Assembly: GCA_964247055.1 (NCBI GenBank)
Contig: OZ176052.1
Span: forward strand, 7,688,001-7,752,000
Direction: 5' to 3'
Length of the DNA stretch: 64,000 nucleotides
DNA from: Paragordius varius
Taxonomy: Eukaryota; Animalia; Nematomorpha
In this document: one piece after another, positions 36,901 to 51,300 of the stretch
Position numbering within the stretch: position 1 is the first letter of the stretch
Layout of the letters: the number at the start of each line of letters is the position of its first letter
Made by a program: the position numbers and the translations under genes
The notes under the pieces: generated by a model
What the model was told of the DNA's origin: nothing
Seen by the model: only the letters and a program-made list of their open reading frames with translations
Databases searched by the model: none

Positions 36901-39900
36901 TACTCATAATGTAATAATAATACGAATATTTTTTAAGATTCCTTATAATAGATGAAGAATGCCTGTTACTTTTTTTTATTTGTGTCAGGGTACATAAAGT
37001 TTTTAGCGGTTTTTTCTGAATAGTGCCTTTTCTGAAAAGCTGATCATTGCATACTTATCAGTTTAAGCTAATTAATTAATTAATGGGCGCTGTTTATTTT
37101 CACAACCTAAAGGCAGTGTGTATATTTGATTAATTAAGTGATTTATAATATTGGATGAAAAACGATCAGAATGTATTAATATTCAAGTTTAATTTAGGGA
37201 TCTTTAATACAAAATTACAAAAACATCTTAATATTGTGTTTTTAACATTACTTCCCAAATTATATATTTTATTTTTCAATCAAATAGTCTGTAAACAACA
37301 ATCATTTACTTGCAAGAAAAAAATTAATCAGTTTTTAACGTTCCCATAGGTGTTAAGGAAAGGCTCCGGGACTCTGTGTGAAACCTTGCTTATGGTTCAG
37401 GCATATCATGCTAACATAATTTTCCCAAACAAACATTTGGAATACGATAATTTGGATGAGGATGATACGGCTGCGCGTAATGAAGCTTCTGAAGAGTTAG
37501 AAGATAATACTGCTGAAATCAGAGGCCATCATAGCAACCAACAAGAAAATTTGGGACATCACAGTTGGACAAAAAGAAAAGTACACTATACTTTTTAAAA
37601 CAAATTTGTAACATCAAAACCCTAATTTGAAGATAGTTATTGCAAATTGTAGTGGGATGTTTGATATATGCGTTAGTGTTGATTCTATGCTTATTTAATT
37701 TGGGTACTAGAGTTTCAAATCAGAATATGTTGTTTATTTTAATATCTTTGACAATAAAAACCGTTATTTTAAAAATAAAAGATAATGGTTAGTTACACGT
37801 AATACAACTTCGCTACTGATTTTTAAATATTCTTAGATAATCGATAAGAGTTTAGGGAGACCAATCAAACAAAAATCTAGCATGAATACTGGCCCTAAGA
37901 ACAATAGTGCATCATCATTCAACAGGTATAAATTCACTAAAGATGGTTATGTACTTGAACAAGAAACTTATATTGGGGCCCATGTTGAAGCCATAGAGTC
38001 TGGTATATTTCGATGTGACATCCCTATGCCATTTAAATTGGTAATTAAGAAATGAGATAAATTTTTATTATAGTTGAATTTGGAATTATACAGAGAAAAC
38101 GTAAATATTAAAAGACAAATCTTTTTTATTAAAACCTTGCTATATACATATATATATTATTACCTATATAATTTCAATTTGGAAATATATTACTGATATA
38201 TTACTAATTAAGATCTATTTTCATTTTTTGCGACATAAAACGATGTGTTATATTAAGGTTTAAAAAATATTTTTTTAAAAAAATATGTTATTATCATTAT
38301 TTTTATAGGATTTGACTTTAAATGGCGGTGCACCTTTGAGGCGTTTTTCCAATCGTTTTATTATCTGACTAATATATATAAATAAAGCGTTTTGAGATCT
38401 TTTGTTATTGTATGTAATGTCTACCGGTGGCAGTTCAATCGAATAACTTTTCATCAGTTTAAGGATATGCGTGTCTTCGTCTTTCAACATGGCCTGCCCA
38501 TTGTGATTTGAGATTTCTTTCAACATTGTTGATGGAGTTGTGATTGAGTATATGGTATGGGTTTATAGTTTCGCTATAGCTAGACTTTGGGATGTGAGCA
38601 AAAAAATTGTTTTTACTAATTTGGATACATCGTATGTAAGTTTATATTTACATGTATTTAACATCGGTCAGGTTTTTGATTCTTATTTAAGGACAAGACC
38701 AATGGCTGTGGTTCAAATGGCACACTTAGTTTATAGTTTGACGAATTTATTATTATTTTTAACAAATGGTATTTTTTCCACAATTATGAAATACGATGTT
38801 TGATAACGTGTTTGATTCCACCTCCAGCTGATATCCTTCCTGAAAGTTAGTGCAATAAGTTCTCTTGGAATCGCATCAAAAGCTTCCATGTCAAGAATTG
38901 CATAGTGCAAAGATAGTTTTTTAATGTGTGTGTTTTGTTGTCTTAATGTGAAGATAGCGTCGATTGTACTTTTATTTGATTGGAACCCGCATTTCATTTC
39001 GTTTTAATGTATTTTGGGTAAGATATTAGAAAGTATTACTTTCAGTTATCGAACACATATCTTGCAACCCTATTTAATAATATAATAAAAGATGAAAAAA
39101 TACGGGCAGACTGGGAAAAAGCCGAGTTATACCCATATACAAAAAAGGTCACCCTCTCCGGCCCACATCCTATCGACCATTTAATTACTAGACCTCACGC
39201 CATGAAGTATATGAAAAACTAATACTCTCTCTAAAATGCGCTTTTCAATCAAATGAAACATTAAGAGAACAACAAAACTTGCACACATATAAAAATCACC
39301 TATATACTGTGCACTTCTAGACATGCCCAGAATAAAACCACACGGACTAAGTAAAAGCTTTTAAAAAATGTACTCCTGATGATGATTTTTATTAAAGTAT
39401 ATATGTCTTTTAATTTTTACATTTTGTCTGTATTAATTTATTTTTACTGTAATTTTGTTTAAATTTTTACCTTTGTAAACCAATTATTCTTTCACTTTTT
39501 CCTATTTTTTTCCTAATAATATAACAATTTAAATATATGGTTAAAGGAACAAACATATGTGGATTATTTGATTGCTAATGTTGGTAAAATAATTGCCAAT
39601 ACCATTGAGCAGGAAGAAGAAATTTCATTGACGCAAATCACTAATTTTTCCGAAGTAACAAATTTTCTTGTTTTACAAATTACATCATTAAGGCTATTAA
39701 ATTTATAACAATTAGGGAGAAGCTTTTCAATGTATATTTATTTTATATTTTCAAATATTATATTATAAATTTGATAACTATATATATTTAAAGGTTTGCG
39801 AACAAATTGAAACTCAATTGTACAAATTAAAGGGGCAAGAAAGCATAACTGAATGCCCAAAAATTTATCATTTGGATGTTGGGGCCATGTATCCAAACAT

Positions 39901-42900
39901 TATATTGACTAATCGTTTGCAAGTAATTTTTAATACGCGAAATTAACGGCATGCATTTATTTAATTTTAAAATTTTTGCAAGGAAAAAATGATTTTAATG
40001 AGACAAAATATCCCTAAATAAAAAATTTTGCATGGTGAAACGATTGTTAATACATTGTTGCGAAAAATTGTTGTGTAAACATATAAATATAACTTTATTC
40101 TTGTTATAGCCGTACGCCATTGTAAATGACATAATTTGTGCCAAATGTGCTTATAATGTCCCCGGCTCCGATTGTCAAAGACCGCTGGGTTGGAAATGGC
40201 GTGGTGAACACATGCCTATCAATAAAACTGAAGCACAACGTATCCTCCTGCAATTAGAAAATGAATCTTTTGTAGCAAAAAATGGTTATTTATTCTTGTT
40301 ATTAACTTCCAAAAGACAGTTTAGTTTGCCTAAAATTAGCCTAGCTCTTTTGACTATTTTATTAAATTTTACATGATTTTCCCAATTTATAAATGGCTTC
40401 TAGAATATAATGAGGGAAAACAACAAGGAACCATCAAATTACCGTTTCATAGATTACCTAAGGAGCAGAGACTTGCCATAGAAAAACAAAGATTAAAAGG
40501 TTTGATTATTTAATGTATTAGTGGTAAATTATAATTTCTTACTTAGTTTACAACAATTAAAATTATAAAGATAAAACAAAAAAAAGTGAAGGGCAAATAT
40601 TTTTTATGAAGAAAACTGTTTTTATCCTTAATTTTTTCTATAAAACCTATGTGGTTGGAATTGTGATATATATAAAATAAAATTGACCAATTTACATCTA
40701 TTCCTTTTTTTCACAACCCAGAACAATGTTATATTTATAAATATCAAGGTTTTGTAAAGTTAGCTTTTATTTTAACAAAATATTTATCTTTTGCTTGATG
40801 TGTTTTTGTCTTTATAATGTTAAATTCTCTTATATGTATATATAGATTACAGTAGACGTGCATACAAACGAATAAAGATTTCAAAAGAAGAGGAAAGGGT
40901 ATCCGTTACATGTCAGCGCGAAAATTCATTTTACATTGACACTATAAGGTATGATTTTAAAGTTTTTTGGAATATTTTATAATTAAAATAAAAATGGTAG
41001 GGCTATTACTACAATCCAAATAATTAAAGCTCAGACGTTTTTGAGTTTTACTTTAAAATGTACCACCATTTCCAAAATTAATCAATGGAACTGTTTTAGG
41101 TTTGACGAAGATTAGTAGATGATGCATGAGAAAACAAATAAATTAGACATCTTGAATTAAACTTTATGCATTTTAACCAATATGATATAACTAACATTTT
41201 TATTAATTAAATTGTATATAGAGCATTTCGAGACCGAAGATATGACTTTAAAAATTTAGTCAAATCTTGCAATAAAAAGTTGGCAGCTCTCAAATCAACC
41301 ACCGCTCATAACGATCCCATGCAAATCAATGATGGCAAATTCGAAAGCATTAAGGATATTGAAAATAAACGTTTGTTGTATGATAGTTTGCAATTAGCAC
41401 ATAAATGTATTTTGAATTCATTTTATGGGTATGTCATGCGCAAGGGAGCCCGTTGGTTTAGTATGGAAATGGCTGGTATAGTTTGTCTCATTGGCTCTAA
41501 CATCATTAAAGAAGCAAGAATTATCATTGAAAAAATTGGTATGAAACACCATATCTTTGAGATATAAAATTATATTTATAAATTTTTTGGAGGATAAATT
41601 ATTTTGTAGGGCGCCCATTGGAACTTGATACTGATGGTATTTGGTGTGCATTACCTTCCTCACTCCCTGAAAATTTTACATTTTCTACCAAAGATCCCAA
41701 GAAGCCTAAACTTGTGATTTCATTTATTGGTGCTTTGTTGAATCTTATGGTTTGGGTACGCAATCTTTCCTTAATATATTTTCCCAATTTATTTTATAAT
41801 GATAGTCAGTAGGATTAATAAGTATTATTTTATAATACAAAAGGAAAATTTCACAAATCATCAATACCAAGAGTTGATGGAAGGACAAGATAAACGATAC
41901 GTTAAACGATCGGAAAACTCCATTTTCTTTGAGGTGGATGGGCCATATTTTGCCATGATCCTACCTTCTGCTAAGGAAGAAGGGAAAAAGCTTAAAAAAC
42001 GGTTAATATTTGGTTAAATTATCTATTTTACACATTAAGTCACGTAAAATAATTACGTAGCGGGTTTCTCGGTTAATAAATCTGATTGCTTATAAATGCA
42101 GTAGCTTTTTCTAACCTGCAAACTAATGCCGACAATACAATGAGTTATAACCAGATAAATATCTAAAATCACCACTCAAAATGCTTTTATTACCGTTTAT
42201 GATGTAGATAATTTTAAAATTATTAATTTTTACATTTAAGTGCTATTTCCTTTTATTATATCACGTAATATACATTTATACATGGTTTTGGACAGAATAT
42301 TTTCAAAAGGCTTATAACAGTCATCAATACATTTATTGCTAAAACTGATCGATTTTTGATATTTAACCCAGTATATGATACTATCTCCTATATTTATATA
42401 GTTATGCGGTATTTAATATGGATCGAAGTTTAGCCGAACTCAAAGGCTTTGAGGTCAAACGACGTGGAGAGTTACCATTTCTTAAACAGTTTCAAAATAG
42501 CGTGTTTGAAGCTGTTCTTCGTGGTTCCACATTAGAAGATGCTTATAAAGCGCTTGGATCCGTGGCCGATTATTGGCTTGATTTCCTTTATTCCAAAGTA
42601 GAAATTTTATATTTTTAAAAATTTAGATTATTTTATATATAAAAGCGTAGTGATAGAAGGATTTTATAAATTATGCCTGTTTGTATATAAGAGTTATCTC
42701 TAAATTGCCCACTTTTTATTACTGTAAACCCTGGGGAGGTGAGTATAAGGTCCAATTATATATTTTAAGTTTTAACCTTTAATAAAAAGAAAAAAGTGAC
42801 AATTAAATATCTATATTATTAATAATCGGGAAAGGGTTTTATTAACTTTTTCACTTTAAGGGTTTCATTAATATGTTTTACTAAGACATTTTGTTTAGGG

Positions 42901-45317
42901 TGCAAACATGTCCGAAGAAGAAATATTTAATTTGGTTGCCGAGAATAAAAGCATGTCCAAACGCTTAGATGAATACGGTGACCAAAAGTCGACATCAATC
43001 AACACCGCTAAAAGATTAGCCGAAGTATATGGCTAATTATTTCATTTTATTATTACATAGTTTCAAATTCAATATATAGTATTGCGAAGCAAACAGAAAA
43101 CACATAAAATTATGATACAAACAAATATTTATGTTGTTTTCATCATTTTTGTTCTTGGTAGATTCGGTAGATTAAGCATTGGACTCGTACGACCATAAGT
43201 TTAGTTTGTGATGCTCTCAGTTTGGGACAGGGAGAGTAACTAGTGGTCCTACATAAATGGCTTCGCGACCGTATTTTTGACTCAAAAATCCAGCGGTCGC
43301 ATTCGAAAAATATAGGGGCCTTAATATTTTTTAGATTTAAACTTTGCATAAAACGCAACTACTATTTATTTCATCAATTTTACTAACATTTTGTAAGCAT
43401 ATTATTCAAATTGTGGAGTTTGTATTCATTTAATTTCCAATTTTTTTGCGGGCCGCACATAGTATCTCGGAGCGTCATATGCGGCCCGCTGGCCGTGTGC
43501 TGGACACCCTGGGTTTAAGCCTTCTTCATGTGTAATTAACACAAATTCTTATTCTCTAAATAAATAGACTATGAATGATAACTCTTATCCATCGTATCGT
43601 ATATTAGTTTTTGGGGGATAGCATAATCCGTGATTCCAAGGGTGGCCTTAACTGTTGTTACATCATGAGCCGGAAGCCTGAAGGTGCACCACTCAGTGAA
43701 CGTGCCGTGCCCTACGTTATTTTTCAAGCTGAAGAAAATGTAAAACGGCATTACCTACGGAAATGGCTTAAAATTGATAGCTTTGATGATAATGGACCAT
43801 ATATTGATACAAAAACGCGACGGGTAGATATTCGTGCCATACTTGATTGGGATTATTATTTGGAACGGATTGGGAGTGCTATACAAAAAATTATAACTAT
43901 CCCTGCCGCTCTACAACACGTAAGGATTTTTAGGATTTTACACAATTTAGTTAATGTACGCAAATTAGTATAGCCTTGTATGCAAAAAAATTTTTTTGAT
44001 TAAATAGCTTATGACCAACGAATTCATTTGTCGCAAAATATTTTTATTTGTTGACGACCTAGTTTTTGAAATTTTGAGGGATCAAAATAAGTGAAAATTA
44101 AGGATAATTAAAAAAATAATGATAAAATTTGAGATATTATGGTTTTTTTATGATTTTAGCAGATATTTACAATTTATAAATAGCCTAAAATCATAAAGTT
44201 TTTATAAAAATTCAGATCAAAAAATCGCGTTTTTCTATCATTGTACTAAAAAAACGAAAAGTTTTTTATAAAACTATATTAAATTTTTTTTAAAATTATT
44301 TCTAGCTAAACTCACTATAAAAATATTAACATTCATATTTTATTCAGTAAAAAAAACTTTATATGTAATTAAAACTAAAAAATTATTGTTTTATTTTTCA
44401 TTTTTTTGTCATCTCGTTTATTTTAGTTTTATTTTGATATATAAGTTTTTTTACTGAATAAAATATGAATGATAAGATTTTAATAGGGTAGCTAGTTGAT
44501 AATTAAAAAAAATTATTTTAATATAGTTTCATAAAAAAATTTTGTCTTTTTAGTACGTTAATAGAAATACGCGATTTTTTTATCTGAATTATAAAAACCC
44601 TAACTATATAATTTTAGGATATCTATTAATTGTGATTATCTGCTAAAATGATAGTAAACCATTCTCAGTTCTATTATATTTTTTTAATTATCCTTAATTT
44701 TCACTCTTTGCCCAATTATGATTTTCTCTCATTATTTCAAAAACTAGGTCGTCAACATAAAATATTTTTCGGCAAATGAATTCGCTGGTCATGAGCTATC
44801 TCATAAAAAAAAATTTTGTTAAAAAAATTAACCCTCTTTTTTGCACACAGTGTAATATTTAAATAAGCGAAACTCATTCTTGATAAACGGGTGTTATATT
44901 TTAAATCTAAACATGAAAAATGTCACAAATATAAATAGGTAAATAATATTAGTAATTATTTGTTACTGCGACATTTATACATTGGCATTTTCCCCACCAA
45001 CAATTAAATATTAATAAAATTTATAAAACCAATTAGTCTATACCCAAAAATGCTTTAAATTTGAACACATTTTTAGATAAAAAATCCTGTACCTCGTGTC
45101 TCTCATCCAGATTGGTTGCATCGTAAGCTAATGTCCATTACTGATGTCTACAAACAAAAGAAAATTAATAACATGTTCATTTCGAAGCCCAATATAAACG
45201 GTTGTGTTAATGGGGTTAGAGATATGGAAGATTTAACCAATAATGTTGGCGATACTATGGATGGTAAATAATTTTTGGATTTTATGTTACTTTATATATT
45301 AGACAATGATCAAATCT

Positions 45318-45351
<34 letters not shown>

Positions 45352-48300
45352 TGGACCCTCGCGTCGCCTATAATGATTTCTTTTATGGGACAAATAACTC
45401 ATGGTCCGCATACAGACCCTTTCCTGAAAAAAATAAGATCAAACATTTATTAAATATAATTTAATAAAATATAGTAAAATAAATAATTAATTTTATTGTT
45501 GGCTCATTAGAAGCGCCCCGTCCAAACTAACTAGTAATTCTATGGAAGGCTAGCTAAACTTTAAACGGTTATAACTTAAAAAATTAGTGGTTACATAAAC
45601 TTTGGAAAAGGTAAGAATGATCAGCATAAGCTTAATTTATAGCCAATGTTAATTTTTTTAATTTTATCATAAAGATGGTCCATTGTACCTAAAATTTATT
45701 AACTAAAAAGTATTAAATACATTACATCCTATGTTGCTAGGTCATCCAAAACGAGTCGAAAATCAAAGACCATGGATTGATATCTTGGGCCCCGCCCCTA
45801 AACTCTATTTTAGTGGTAACAAGGTACGAACAATTTATATCTATTATTTTGCCAAAATTATAATTTGAAATATTATCAAATTGTATGATAGAATAATTAT
45901 GAAGAATGGCTAAATTATCATAAATCAAAGTGGAGATTACAATTAGCATTTAGGCGTAAACGTTTAAGCAACAGTAATTCTGATCGCATTGCCCTTATAC
46001 CAAACTCTATTAATGACGGCGTTAAAGGCAAAAAGAATCAAACCAATCTGATGGCAATGCTCAAGACTGCTGCTCACAAAGAAAATGAAAGGCTCTTTAA
46101 TTATCCGTGGCATGTTTTACAGGTTTTGTTTAATTTACCGGTTATTATATGACATACATTATTTCAAATGATATTTTTTCTAGCAAAAATACATATACAG
46201 ATTACCCATTTTCCCCACATAATAAGTTTGTTTTTGATAAACAATGCCTATTTCATAATTAGTTTATGCTGATATCAACCTTTTTGAAAAGTTTAAAGTT
46301 GAAAAAACCTTCTCACAAACAAACCTACTGGTTTGTTGGTGATGAAAACGCAGGCAAAAATAATAAAAAATGTTAGATACATCTGTCAAATATTATTAAT
46401 CATTATGTAATATAATTTATTATATTAAGGGTCATGATGCAAATAATGTCCCTCTAAGATCTTAAATTATGCAGTTGTCCCTAACAATGTATAAATTTAC
46501 AACTTATATTTAAATGAAATATCTTTAGGACTTAATCGAAATACTTACTTTTTTGATGTATGCCATTATAGGTAATACCTACCCTTGATGCTGGAATCTA
46601 TAAAGTTTGGGCCATTTTAGATGATTGCTTAAAATGTTTGCGTGTTCGCATACCCCGAATATTTTACGTGAATCAGTACGGATTAAAGACTGAACCCAAA
46701 CATGCCAGTGATTTGGTTTGTTGGGAAAAGGTTAATGGATTAACTTTACCTCGTGGGACAGTTTTGCACAATCTTTACCGTTACACAGTATCGGAACAAG
46801 TTTTTCAGGTTTAATATGATGATATAATTGAAGTTTAAACGGGTTTTTTTATTTTCACTAAAGAATGTTTTTTTATTAAAAAATTTAAATTATAATGTTA
46901 CATCGATATTGATAATAACTAAATTAAATTTTACCCATATAAAAAATTTGGTTTACATGTATAGATTATAATCAAATATTCAACTGCATGTCAAATTTAA
47001 ACATTAACTTAAGCGCGCCTTCACATAAAATAAAATTTTCGTAGACTAGTGTGTTTCTATCTATGTCGTCTAAATAAATTTTTGGAAATATAATGTATTT
47101 TTGCTTAATTCAGAAACTGAAATATAGCCTTGAAATGGACATGTGTTCTGCCAACATTGAAGGGTTATACGAAACTAATGTTCCACTTCATTTTCAAATG
47201 TATTCTGAATTAGGGTGTATGTGGCAACTTACATTTCCATATGCTAAAAAGGGCTCTTTCAAAAACAATAAATGTAAGTATTTTTTCTGTACTTGTATAA
47301 TTTTTTCATACATACAGTAAAAATCGAAAGTATACAGATAAAACCTCATAACTAAAAGACAAATATTCAAATCATACTTTTTGGACCTTGATTTTTTTAT
47401 TTAACCTATCGTTTTGGATTAAATAAGGAATAAAGATGTAAATTGGTCCCACAGTCACTCATGTATATATATATTGTAATATAGTTTATGCAAGGAAAAA
47501 TCAAAGTATATAAAAAAGTAAGGTTGTTTTTTTAAAAAAAAGTTTTTCATTATATGCTTACGTTTTATCTATATTTCTATTTTTACTGTAATAATTATTT
47601 CTTACCATTTATTTAGACAACATTAACACATTGAATAACCCTAATCACATTTTTGATTTCGGCGATCTTAAACGATCCGATAATGCCAAGCATAAAAATA
47701 ACCCGATAAAAAAATATTTGCCACCAAAGAGTGTTAAATACCTGTACCTTTATTACCGTGATATGACTAATTATGAAAGTAATCGACAAAAATTGCAAAA
47801 CATGACTCATAATGATGGACAGGAAAAACAACAATCAAATGCAGTAACGAAAGAATTTTGGGCCTTAGCACTTCCACATGATAAAAAAATTTATTTGTAC
47901 ATATATGATAAAAACTGGAAAACGAATACGGCATTAAATAATTCTAACATAACATCAACTCACATACACTTACGAGAGGAGGACGCCAAGAAAATATATG
48001 ACATGGAACGAAAGGTTAGCTTTTAAATTCCGAGTAAAAAGAAGAAATACATATTTAATGTGACCTTATTTATGATCATGTTTCGCAGCTAATAGACTTT
48101 TCAATTTTTTATAGGGGACTATTATTGTAAGTTGATATGTTTCTGGCAAAATGATATTTTTACTTTTTTTATTATACACAATGGCATAAAACGGTTCTTA
48201 TTTTAACATTTATATAAATATTATTTTGAAATTTAATTTATTATTTTATTAATTATCTTAACTCTAATAGTGTGTTCGTAAATGTTTCATATAATATCCA

Positions 48301-51300
48301 AAATTAAATTTCAAGGTGCCTTTTGAAAAATAATTATAAAAATATTATATACATTTATGCGTAATTATGAATACAAAAATGTACTTTAGTTTTTCGAAAA
48401 AAACGTTAATTTCTCTTACTGCAGGAGCCTATATTTTAGTTATTCCCTTTTCACTTCATTAATATATGTGTGGTAATTTTAATTTAAAAAAATTTAATAA
48501 TTGTTACTTTAATATTGCAGAAACTATTGGATCGCCTTGAACATAGTTATGAACAGAGACGAGATGAAATGATTACTGATGACAATAATATTGCTTCAAA
48601 ATCTCTTGAATATATGCTACCTTATCCTAATCACACATTCCTTATCAATAACATTGTAATGGGTACCAATACCGCGACAAATGTCAACAAAAAAAATCAA
48701 ACATTACAAAATATTTCGAACATTAAACAGAGTTCAGGACCTCTTACAAGAGACGCTATACGCAAATCTATAAAGACACTCCTAAAACAACATTCCATTT
48801 TTTATCAAGCAGGGGAAGATGGTATAAATAATGGCAAAATGCTTGGAAAAATTACACAACTTCTCAATCGTGGTATTGATGCTGATGATAGCAATAATCA
48901 AAACGGAGATAAAAGGCAACCTTTGCCAAAAACATTTAACACTTTTCTAGCATATCAATGTCAGGGTAATAGTTTGTCCATAAATTTTATTTGGTAAATT
49001 TTTTGTTCGGATAATTTTATTTATGTTAAACATTGATCATGTTATTCACAGGAATTGACTGGTTAATTCGTTTTTTATATTTTAATATTATTATTTCACT
49101 GAGTAAAATCATGAAAGACCGGTTATTTTTGGATTAATATATAACTCTATAATATGACTTGTAGATTCATTGTTGTCCACAAATGATTCATCAATAACCG
49201 ATCATTTGACCTCAACGACGGATAATATCTCACATTTTTTGCGTGATATTCAAAATTCAATTATGCCCTGCATAAAAATTATGAATAAAACATCGGCAGA
49301 TTTTGGTCGCTTAGGTGAATTAGAAAATACCCAAACTTCTCTAAAATCTGCTTGGTACAACAAAGCATTTCTTCACATGATTGGACAATATCTCTCTAGC
49401 CCACAAATACTAGATGTATGTTGGCCTCTTTTTAGATAAATATATATATATTTGTGTATTCAAAATCAGAAATAAAAATTTGTACCAATTACAATAATTT
49501 AAGATATAAAGACACGAAAAACCTTAAGATAAATGTTTTTTCTAAAATAGACAGCCATGTTTTTTTATAATATAATTGAAATTATGATTTAGAAATATAA
49601 TTATTATATTACTAATATAGATACACATCTATTCTTACATCATTATATAAAATTTATTAAAAATAATCATGTATCAATAGGGTTGCTGTCTTTTTTTTTA
49701 AAAAAAAATATTTGTCTTTTAGTTTTTATAATTAAATTTTATCATTATTTTTACTGTATTGTTATTTATCCCTAGTTACAATTAGAAAATGCGCGGTACA
49801 TTGAATTACCTTTGGGAAATTTACCTAACGATATCCCAATCACTGGTTGCGATCTTGCATTCGCTCGTAAATTACGACAAAATAATTGCATTTTATGGGC
49901 ATCACCATATGATACTCCAGATTTAGGTGGGAAGGAACAGGGAAATGTTTGGTTAGTTTTTTATTGTTATAAACAATAAAAAATTTGTGTATAAAGTAAA
50001 TTGTTGTCTCCCCAAAGTTAATTTATCCACTATAATAATTAAAACTTGAAAAGATAGCGCGCAACCTATGTTAAGTTTAAGCCAGCAAAATAGCAATTTG
50101 TAAAAACTGTCAAATTTTTCATAAAGCTAATAGAATGTTTATTAAAACTGGATTTTTTTGATTGCCACTATTATTACGGTTTTGTGTATGGGGTAAATAT
50201 GGGTATGGGTTGATAGTAAATCATACATTTACAACTCTTATCATGCATATTATTTATAAAAATGAAGGATTTCAAAATATATTGAATTTATTAACAAATG
50301 TCCGCTTTATTAATAAGGGTGTATTTTCTAGATTTTTGCAATAGAATATATATATATATATATATATAACAGAGAAGGTTTTTCGGACTTCCGGGGGGGG
50401 GGGGGGGGGGGGCTATTTGAAATAAAGGACAATAAAATGATCCACATATGTTATTTCGAAACATTATTTAAATATGATTTTATAGGAATTTTAAAACGGT
50501 ACATTCATACTAATATATTGTTTACTTTGGGGAAAAATAGATTTAAAAAATTATTTTTGTGGATTTTGATTTTTGAAAAAAAATGGCATTTTACGGGGGG
50601 AGCGGGTAAAAAGAGGGCCTAAATTAAAAAGCGAGACGACTATGTTCGGCGCAATCGAAAATAAGTAAACAAAAATCATATTTGAAATTGAATGGTCCAA
50701 CACGTTCTCCGGAAAATTGTCTCAACCTGTTTTTTACACGGGGTAGGCCAGAACTGGGGACCTAATTCCAAAAAAGGGCGAAGCTATTGTCTTTATTAAT
50801 GATTATATTTTTTCGATATTTCGATTTGATTGGGTTCACCGGGTTTCCGGAAACAGGTCACAAAGTTACATGAGGAATCAGTTTTTAGCGGGTAGCTCCT
50901 TACCCAGCAGCTATCATCAAAGAAACGCTTGACTAAAATTTTTGCCTTTTAACAGGGAATACGTGGAATCCTTATTGAATTTTTACAGTCTCATACCTTG
51001 GGCAAAAAAATACAATCAAAAAATTATTTTTGTGGTTTTTTTTGAAAAAAATGGCATTTTACGGGGGTAGCGGGTAAAAAGAGGGTCTAAACAAAAAAGT
51101 GAGTCGACTATGTTCGGCGCGATCAAAAAAAAGTAAACAAAAATCATATTTGAAATTGAATGGTCCAACACGTTCTCCAGAAAATTGTCTCAAAGACACG
51201 ATTTTTGTGGACTTTTGTTTTCAAAAAAAACCGTTTTTTACACGGGGTGGGTTCGAACTGGGGGCCTATTTCAAAAAAAGGGCGTAAGCTATTGTCGAGG

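Noticed and set aside
38200-39360. Single twin-primed (5'-inverted) LINE insertion
   Set aside because: The two pieces overlap by about 200 bp of element sequence and are clearly divergent there; two old copies fit better.
43264-43300. GC-rich hairpin GCGACCG-TTTTTGA..TCAAAAA-CGGTCGC as an intronic ncRNA
   Set aside because: It aligns with the subterminal region of the hAT MITE at 1012-1288; no snoRNA boxes or tRNA fold.
46243-46360. Cryptic POLE exon (FMLIST...YWFVGDEN)
   Set aside because: Flanking exons already join collinearly with human, and the available donor is out of phase.
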